Shown piece by piece: positions 55,694 to 64,000 of a DNA stretch of 64,000 nt (within the stretch, counting starts at the first letter, position 1; each line of letters begins with the position of its first letter). A program made the position numbers and the translations under genes. The notes below the pieces were generated by a model, which did not search any database, was not told the DNA's origin, and saw only the letters and a program-made list of their open reading frames with translations. The stretch is from the human T2T-CHM13v2.0 reference genome, Homo sapiens: assembly GCF_009914755.1 (NCBI RefSeq), contig NC_060929.1. One strand, given 5' to 3'.

Positions 55694-57973
55694 TGTATTA
55701 GTCTGTTTTCATGTGGCGATAAAGACATACCCAAGACTGGGAAGAAAAAGAGGTTTAATTGGACTTACACTTCCATGTGTCTGGGGAGGCCTCACAATCA
55801 TGGCAGGAGGCAAAAGGCACTTCTTACAAGTTGGTGGCAAGAGAAAATGAGGAAGATACAAAAGTGGAAACCCCTGATAAAACCATCAGATCTTGTGAGA
55901 CTTATTCACGACCACGAGAACAGTGTGGAGGAAACTGCCCCATGATTCTAATTATCTCCCACCAAATGCCTCCCACAACATGTGGGAATTATGGGAGTAC
56001 AATTCAAGATGAGATTTGGGTGGGGACACGGAGCTAAACCATATAATTCCCCCCTGGGCCCTCCAAATCTCACGTCCTCACATTTCAAAACCAATCATGC
56101 CTTCCCAATAGTCCCTGAAAGTCTTAACTCATTTCAGCATTAACCCAAAAGTCAACAGTCCAAAGTCTCATCTGAGACAAGGCAAGTTCCTTCCACCTAT
56201 GAGCCCGTAAAATCAAAAGCAAGCTAGTTACTTCCTAGAGACAATGCAGGTACAGGTAGTGGGTAAATGCAGCCATTCCAAATGGGAGAAATTGGCCAAA
56301 ACGAAGTGGTTACAGGGCCCATGCAAGCTCAAAATCCAGCAGGGCAGTCAAATTTTAGAGCCCCAAAATGATCTCCTTTGACTCCATGTCTCACATCCAG
56401 GTCACATTGATGCAAGAGGTGGGTTCCCATGGTCTTGGGCACCTCTGCTGCTTTGGTTTTGCAGGGTGCAGCCTCCCACTGGCTGCTTTCATGGGCTGGC
56501 GTTGAGTATCTGTGGCTTTTCCAGGCACATGCTTCAAGCTGTCATTGGATCTACCATTCTGGGGTCTGAAGGCTGTGGCCCTCTTCTCATAGCTCCACTA
56601 GGCAGTGCCCCAGTAGGGACTCTGTGTGGAGGCTCCAACCCCACATTTCCCTTCCACACTTCCCTAGCAGAGGTTTTCCATGAGGGCCCTGCCCCTGCAG
56701 CAAACTTCTGCCTGGGCATCCAGGCATTTCCATACATCTTCTGAAATATAGGCGGAGGTTCCCGAACTTCAATTCTTGACTTCTGTGCATCTGCAGGCTG
56801 AACACCACATGGAAGATGCCAAGGCTTAGGGCTGCTGCCCTCTGAAGCCATAGCACGAGCTGTACTTTGGCCCCTTTTAGTCACAGCTGGAGTGGCTGGG
56901 ATGCAGGGCACCTGGTCACTAGACTGCACACAGCACGGGGACCCTGGGCCTGGCCCACAAAACCATTTTCTCCTAGGCTTCCAGGCCTGTGATGGGAGGG
57001 GCTGCTGTGAAGACCTCTGAGATACTCTGGAGACATTTTCCTCATCGTCTTGAAGGCTTAACATTCAGCCTCTCGTTACTTATGCAAATTTCTGCAGCCA
57101 GCTTCAATTTCTCCTCAGAAAATAGGTTTTTCTTTTCTATCACATTGTCAGGCTACAAAATTTTTTAAACTTTTCTGCTCTGCTTCTCTTATAAAACTGA
57201 GTGCCTTTAACAGCACTCAAGTCACCTCTTGAATACTTTGCTGCTTAGAAATTTCTTCCACCAGATACCCTAAATCATCTCTCAAGTTCAAAGTTCCACA
57301 AATTTCTAGGGCATGGCAAAATGCTGTGAGTCTCTTTGCTAAAACATAATAAGAATCACCTTTGCTACAGTTCCCAACAAGTTCCTTATCTCCATCTGAG
57401 AGCACCTCAGCTTGGATCTTATTGTCCATATTGCTAGCAGGCTTTGGGTCAAAGCCATTTAACAAGTCTCTAGGAAGCTCCATACTTTCCCACATTATTC
57501 TGTCTTCTTCTGAGCTCTCCAAACTGTTTCAACCTCTGCCTGTTGGGCAATTCCAAAGTCGCTTCCACATTTCAGGTATCTTTTCATCAACACTCCACTC
57601 TATTGGTACCAATTTACTGTATTAGTCCATTTTCACATTGCTTATAAAGACATACCCGAGACTGGGAAGAAAAAGTGGTTTAATTGGACTTACACTTCCA
57701 CATGGCTGGGAAGGCCTCACAATTATGGCAGGAGGCAAAAGGTACTTCTTACACGTCAGTGGCAAGAGAAAATGAGGAAGATGCAAAAGCAGAAACCCCT
57801 GATAAAACCATCAGATCTTGTGACACTTATTCACTACCATGAGAGCAGTATGGGGGAAAGTTTACCCCATGATTCAAATTATCTCCCACCGAGTCCCTCC
57901 CACAACATTTGGGAATTATGGGAGTACAATTCAAGATGAGATTTGGGTGGGGACACAGAGCCAAACCGTATCA
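55694..57973 (-). mobile_element. Complete THE1A/B MaLR provirus (LTR 55694-56046, internal 56047-57617, LTR 57618-57973)
   Basis: Two direct-repeat THE1 LTRs, a THE1-int body and a perfect TSD AACCT. Confidence 0.95.
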
Positions 57974-58559
57974 AACCTCAATGTCAAAGTCTTCTTGATA
58001 TGCAGTGACCAGGGAAAGAAGGAACAGATGTTAAATACATGAGGAATTTTCCAGTTATTTTATAAATAAATATACCTAATGACAGGAAGAAAACCCTAAT
58101 TTCCAGTCCCATTTGACCTTTCTCATTTTACTCTGAAGCCATTAGATCAGCATTTGAATTTGACCACAAAATAAAATGTGGCTAAGCAAAAGCACTATAA
58201 AATTCCAAATAAATTAAACAATTACCCCACAACCAAATAATACTGCATGGAAATCTTTCACTTTGATAATTAAGAGGTAAAATTAAAATATTACATGATA
58301 ATATCCCAGTACAAATGGTCGCATTTTCAAATTCCCATGGTGGTACAATATATTTATCATTTATCAAAATTTGAACGTAACACTTAATTATATAATTAAA
58401 CTATGGGGTCTTATATAAAGAAACTATTGGGTCTGATTGGCCCTAGTCTATTTTGAAACATCATAATGCATATAACATCTTTTTAGTTTAATTTTCCAAA
58501 ATTAGTTTTATTTAATACTATGACAATTGCCAAGTTGGTATCTGTTTTTCCCATGTTCT

Positions 58560-60115
58560 TTGTGATTGTTTTAATAAAATGCTCCCCCTAACCTCAACTG
58601 TCTAAGTACTCAGAACTTCCTCAGATTATTTCTTACAATATTTCAGCTCTCAGGGCTGTCCAGAAATATTACTACATCTTCCTAGTTCATTCACACTCCT
58701 GCTTACAGATGATTATTTCACAACTCTCCTTAAATTTTTAACAGCTTCTGCTCTATCCTCACACTCAGTTGATAGCCTATTTCTTTGAAAAAAAAATAGC
58801 AAATCAGAAAACAATTTTTCTCTGCAGCCCCCATCACATTTATCAAATCCTCCATTTATGTGCCTGATATCATCTCTTTTCTCCTCTTCAAGTATATCAC
58901 TCCAGTTATTACTGTCTCTGTTGCATCACTAATTTCCTCCTCTTCTCTGGATTCTTCCCATTTACATAGCAACCTGCCATAATATGTCCAATTTAAGTCT
59001 TAACTACTATATATCTTATTTCTCTGCCTAAATTCTTTAAAGTAAAACTCCTCAAAAGAGTTTTCCAAACTCATGATATTCAGTTCTTGCCCTCCCACCA
59101 TTTCTTCTTGAATGTACTCCTATGTTTTTGTTTATAGTACTCCACTGAAACAGCTCTTCTCAAGATCATCCAAGGTCTTCTCGGTGCTAAATTCATTTGT
59201 CAATTCTCAGTTCTCACTTAAGTAATCAGCAGCATTCACAATTAATCATGCATTCCTTTGTAAAACACTATCTTCATTGACTTCCAAGCCTTTCCTCACT
59301 CTAGGTTGTATTTCTGCCTCACCAGCTGCTCCTTCTCAAAAGCTCCATTTCCTTTTGAATTTCCAACTTCAAAACATTAGAGTGGCTTTTCCTATTTATC
59401 TATGGTAACTCCTCAGTTTTAAAATCATCAATACCCAAATTAGATTTGTAAAACCAACCTGAACTCAAGACTACCATAACCAACTGCCTATCTTTCCACT
59501 GATATATCTGAATGAATGTACCAAATTTAACATGAAAATCTTGATCTCTCCCTTTCCATTTCAGTAAACAGTATCTCTATTTGCACAGTTTCTCAGACCA
59601 GAATTTATATAGTCATTTTTGACTTTCCTTTTCCTTGCAACTGATCTCAATCAAGCAGCAAACTTGTGAAATCTACCTTAGAAATATATCCAGATCTTAT
59701 CTTTCTCACCGTAAACACAGCTACCACCCTAGTCCAAGCCATCATAATCTCCTGCCTGGAATACTGCATTTATCTTCTATAGTAGATGCTACTGACGGTC
59801 TTCTCAGATCCCCTTTATTGGGCAGGTACACCCATCTTCCAGAGGTTGTACTGACTGCTAAACAGCTCATAGCTGTACTCCTGCAGAAATGTCTTTGAAA
59901 GACCCAAGGGGGGAGACAAAGAGAGAAAGACAGAGAGAGAGAGAGAGAAGAGTGATTCAATTAGATAGATAGATAATTATTTATTACCTATCTTTCAGAA
60001 TGTAAGCTCTGTGAGGATAGAAATGTTATTTGTTCACTGATAAATTCCCAGTACCTAGAAGAATTTCTGGTACACAATTGGAATCAAAATATATTTGCTG
60101 AATTAAGGAATCATC
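58560..60115 (+). mobile_element. Fragmented L2 with an LTR16-like piece at about 59780-59900
   Basis: L2 motifs (tccactgaaacagctctt, ccctagtccaagccatcat) and the terminal atatttgctgaatt. Confidence 0.65.
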
Positions 60116-61009
60116 TAGTTTATCCTGCTCAATGCTCACCTTATCTTGGCTCTCTGCCAATATCCAAATGAGAAACAGAATTTCATTTACGGAAAAGGTA
60201 AGTGCTCAGAATTAAATGTTAAAGACCGTCTTCCTAAATAAGAAGATGAGGGCTATGGTTTTGCTATTTTGAGTTAAAAGAGCCCTTTAATATCCCAAAT
60301 ATCCTAGCCTGAAAGAAGCAATAGTTTGAGAAAGAGAAATAGTTGGGGGCATGGTTCTTTTGAGTTAAAAGGGCGTTTGACTATGATTTTACCTCCATTA
60401 GCTTCAGAAGATTTGGTGCTCAATTTAATAAAGCTTCAAGAACAGCCTAAATTGTAATACATATTCAACATTTGACTCGAATAGTGAATTGCATCTATCA
60501 GATCATCCAGACATTTAGAGTTTTGCTAAAAAAAAAAAAAAGGTTGTTGACTTACTCTCCCAAATCCAGCTATCTTCAGACAATAAAAACCAAACTTAAA
60601 CCCGAGGTCATTAGCACAAGTCACAGATGCCAAAACAACACTCTAAATATCAAGCAGAAAATATTTTACTTTTATTCTGCCATAATCTACTTATTTTTTT
60701 TCATAGTAAGTGCTGAAGATTACATAGAAATTTTATTACATAGATTTTTTATCTGAGTATTTATTACCACTTCTACCAAATCTTTGTTCCTTTAGAAACA
60801 AACAGATGGCTAAAAAATGAAATGGGAATAAATTAACTTGATATGTTCAAGGCAGTCTTAATATATCAATAAAAACCCTCCTTCTAAATAGCAACCTTAT
60901 GTGTCTGTCTGAAACAAAATGGCACACTTGTATTTTTTATTGGGAGTCAAACTGGGCTGGCCAACAAGGCAATTTTGTGAAATATGTCTTTCAAATGAAT
61001 ATATTTAAA

Positions 61010-62400
61010 CACTAGCCATTAACAGCCACTTCAACTAAATAAATACTTATTTAGACTCTCTCTGTGCTAGGTGGTAGGGTAGGGCTTAAGATTAAAAAAC
61101 GAGGAGCTGCCGAGAACAAAGATGCTTATTGGATTCAATTGTGTGTGAGACATTGTTCTAGGTACTACTGATGCAGTGATGAGCAAATAGACATTATTCA
61201 GTGAATAAAAGAGACTAACAATTTAATCACATTTACATTAAATTATACATTTACTCATATCTGATAAGTACAGTGAAAGAAGTATGCAGCGTATGTATAC
61301 TTCTGCAGCATATATAGAAGATAGTTCTGACAATATAACAGTCCAGAGAAGTCTTCTAAACTGAAGTGAATTTACAAAGATGGGAAGGATGAGGAGGGAT
61401 TCACTAGGTAAAGGGGAGAGAAAAGCAGAAGCATGTGTTCCTGGCAGAGAGAACAGCATGAGAAAGTGCCCTGAGGCACTGGGTGGAAAGTCGGTGTACA
61501 AGAAGCTGAGGGAGTGAAACAGGCAGGGGATACTTCAGGATAAGGCAGAAAGGAGGCTGGAGACAAGGTGTGATTCGGATTATTGAGCCCCTGGACAATC
61601 ACACAAAAATGACGTTAATAGTCTTAAGAACAATGGGAAACCGCTAACTGGTTTTAAGGCAAGGGTGTGTGGTGAGTGATAAGGTTGGACTTCTGTTTCA
61701 AACAGGTGACTGACTGCAATATGGAGAACAGATTGGATGAGGGGCAAGAGCAGATGCCAGGAAATGGATCAAGGCAGCTATCACTGTGGTTCAGGAAACA
61801 GGTAATGCCAGCACAGACAGGCCGGCCCCGGGAAAGATGAAGAGAGAGGGATAGATGCAGCGCATAACTGGAAGGTGAAATCGACAGGCCTTAGTGATAG
61901 GGTACTTACAGCAACTGAGGGAGGAAGATGAAGGTGAAGAATTGGATGACTGTTGATATTCATAGTTTTAAGGGCCACAAGAGAAAAATCAGGTCGCAGT
62001 AAGCAGGCTGTGAGGGGAAAACAGAATTTCAGTTTTGGATATTTTGGATCTAAAATGCCTCTGAAACACTCAATGGAAGATATTGAAAAAGCGGTAGGAT
62101 ATACAGGTCTGAGTTCCAGAGGACAAATATGGGCTGAATATACAAATTGGCGAGTCCTTAGTATATAAGTGATCATTGAAATCAGAGGCATGGGAAGTAT
62201 AGTGTAAGGCAATAAAAAGGAGGACCACGCCTGAGGCATTGCCAACACTTAATGGTCAAATAGAAGTTAAAAGGGAGATAAAGAAGGAGAAGCCAGAGAT
62301 GAAAGAGGAAAACTGGGAGATAGTTGCAATACTGAACCAAGGAAGAGGTCCTGTGAGGACATGGTAGCAGGGAGAGACTATGTCCAAGTAGTAAGATTAG
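61010..62400 (-). mobile_element. L2 fragments
   Basis: Purine-rich L2 antisense motifs (tcagttttggatatt, caatgggaaaccgct...ttttaag). Confidence 0.65.
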
Positions 62401-62572
62401 GAATGAGTTTACTTCTTACCTAGAAGTTGGAAAAGATCTGCAATAAGGCATATTAAACTCCTGAGATTGGGATAACTTATCCAAAACTGTAACCCTAAGT
62501 CAGTAAAGATGATCTTGGGATGTATCAGTCAAGAAGTCTACAGAATAATACTGTCCAAAAGAAACAGACATA

Positions 62573-63042
62573 TGTTATAAATATAATATGGATGCAACAC
62601 ATTTGTTTTAAGGATTACAAAAAGAAATTGATTTGGATAGAGTGCAGTATCATCTGACCTTAAGCAGCGAGTGGCAGAGAGTCAATGAAATTCATTCCTT
62701 CTTCCCTGGGCCCATAGCTAGACCACATTTCTTTTGTATAGACATGTAGATGTAAGGTAAATGGAAGCAACATAAGCCACTTCTGGGCCTGCTCATAGGA
62801 AACATCTCTGGGTTCCCTATTCACATACTGATGGGAGAGAAGTCTGAAGTTTGAGAGGAAAATGAAGCCACAGGTGCATAGGAAGAAACCCAGGTGTCTG
62901 GGTGACCAGGTGGAAGGCAGCTGGTGAACCAGAAACATCAACTGACTTAGCATGAATGAGAGATAAACTTCAATTGTTTGAGCAACTGGGATTTGGGTAT
63001 TTATCTGTTACAACAGTTAGTATTAACTACTCTAACTGATAC
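62573..63042 (+). mobile_element. Old MLT1 (H/I-like) LTR
   Basis: catgaatgagagataaactt...ctaactgataca 3' end. Confidence 0.6.
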
Positions 63043-64000
63043 ACTGAAGCTGGCTACGTTGGAAGCAACTCAGAGGGGCAGCATTTATCTCACAGACCAT
63101 GATCACCTTTTATCTCTCATTGATTCACTAGTGAACCATATTTCTATGATACAGACAGAATGATCAAAACCAAATAGCAGTTAATTTGCTACGATGCATT
63201 TTCTTAAATCTGAATGGGTTAGAATAATTCAAGGTGGTTCTGTTTTCCTGTCAAACAGTATAATGTTTTCAAGTAAATTACAGTTAAGCCATGCCTTAAC
63301 AGAGGAGAAAAACAAAGTTCTATGTTATTTCTTTGATTGACAGTTTATTAAAAAGCAAACTCAAATTTTGTCATCAATATTGTGTTACAGTGATTTAAAT
63401 AGTAATTAAGCAAAATGTAGTTCTCTCAAATTGAAACAGAAAACTCCAGATTTTTAAAATATGTGCTTTTTGCTTAGAACAGCACTAAAATTTATTTAAA
63501 ATATGTGTTTTTATATAACAACATGCAAGTGCTCATATGACAGCTTGGCAGAGATGCCGAGGAATCTTTATAGAAAACCTGGTATGCATATTTCATATGC
63601 TTAATCATAACTTCTTCTTTAAGTCTTTGGAGGAGGAAACAAAGGGCCAACAATGGTATAATAATGGAACTTGAAAAGTTCTACAGGTAGAGAGAAGAGG
63701 CAGGAAAAAAGAAATGTCAAATGCATGAAAGTATTATTAACATGATTGAGAATTTCTCTGGGTTCTCAACATCTTTCAGGTTTAATTTCAGTATCTGATC
63801 AGTAATTTGATGACTGCAACTTAATTTTTAGCTCTCTCCCAGGTAGGACCAGCTACATGATGTAAGAGCCCATCTAGGTGTGGAACCCATGTGAATGTAT
63901 AGTTTGTATATCCATGAAGCTGGGCCTGCACTCATGTCACTCTCAAAACAACAACAAAAAATTTCAAAATACCATAGACCTGAGGCCAAGTTTCAAGTGT

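Noticed and set aside
56466-57625. THE1-internal ORFs (176 aa, 101 aa)
   Set aside because: Broken remnants of the MaLR internal region
61781-62248. 155-aa ORF
   Set aside because: Within a degenerate L2; no recognisable domain

Overview
AT-rich primate genomic DNA, most likely human because it contains an AluYg6-lineage element. It is dominated by transposable elements. No protein-coding gene is supported: every recognisable ORF is a disrupted L1 ORF1/ORF2/ORF0, Alu or MaLR read-through. Main elements: (i) a nested stack at 1.8-16 kb, where an L1MB host carries AluJ, MLT1A, an orphan insert split by a near full-length L1PA15/16, and an L1PA8-like element; (ii) a near full-length L1MA with a young AluY (21-27 kb); (iii) a twin-primed L1PA7; (iv) a full-length but dead L1PA3 retaining the ZNF93 segment (38.2-44.3 kb); (v) a complete THE1A-like provirus; (vi) L2/MIR/MER5/MLT relics. 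The most interesting signals are candidate minus-strand exons just downstream of the L1PA3 antisense promoter, a possible HNF1/CDX/GATA/TATA promoter at 50.9 kb, an intron-bearing orphan retro-insert, and a 35-bp insertion apparently templated from an LTR about 1 kb away. Subfamily names were assigned by eye from remembered consensus features. All transcript and regulatory calls are hypotheses.
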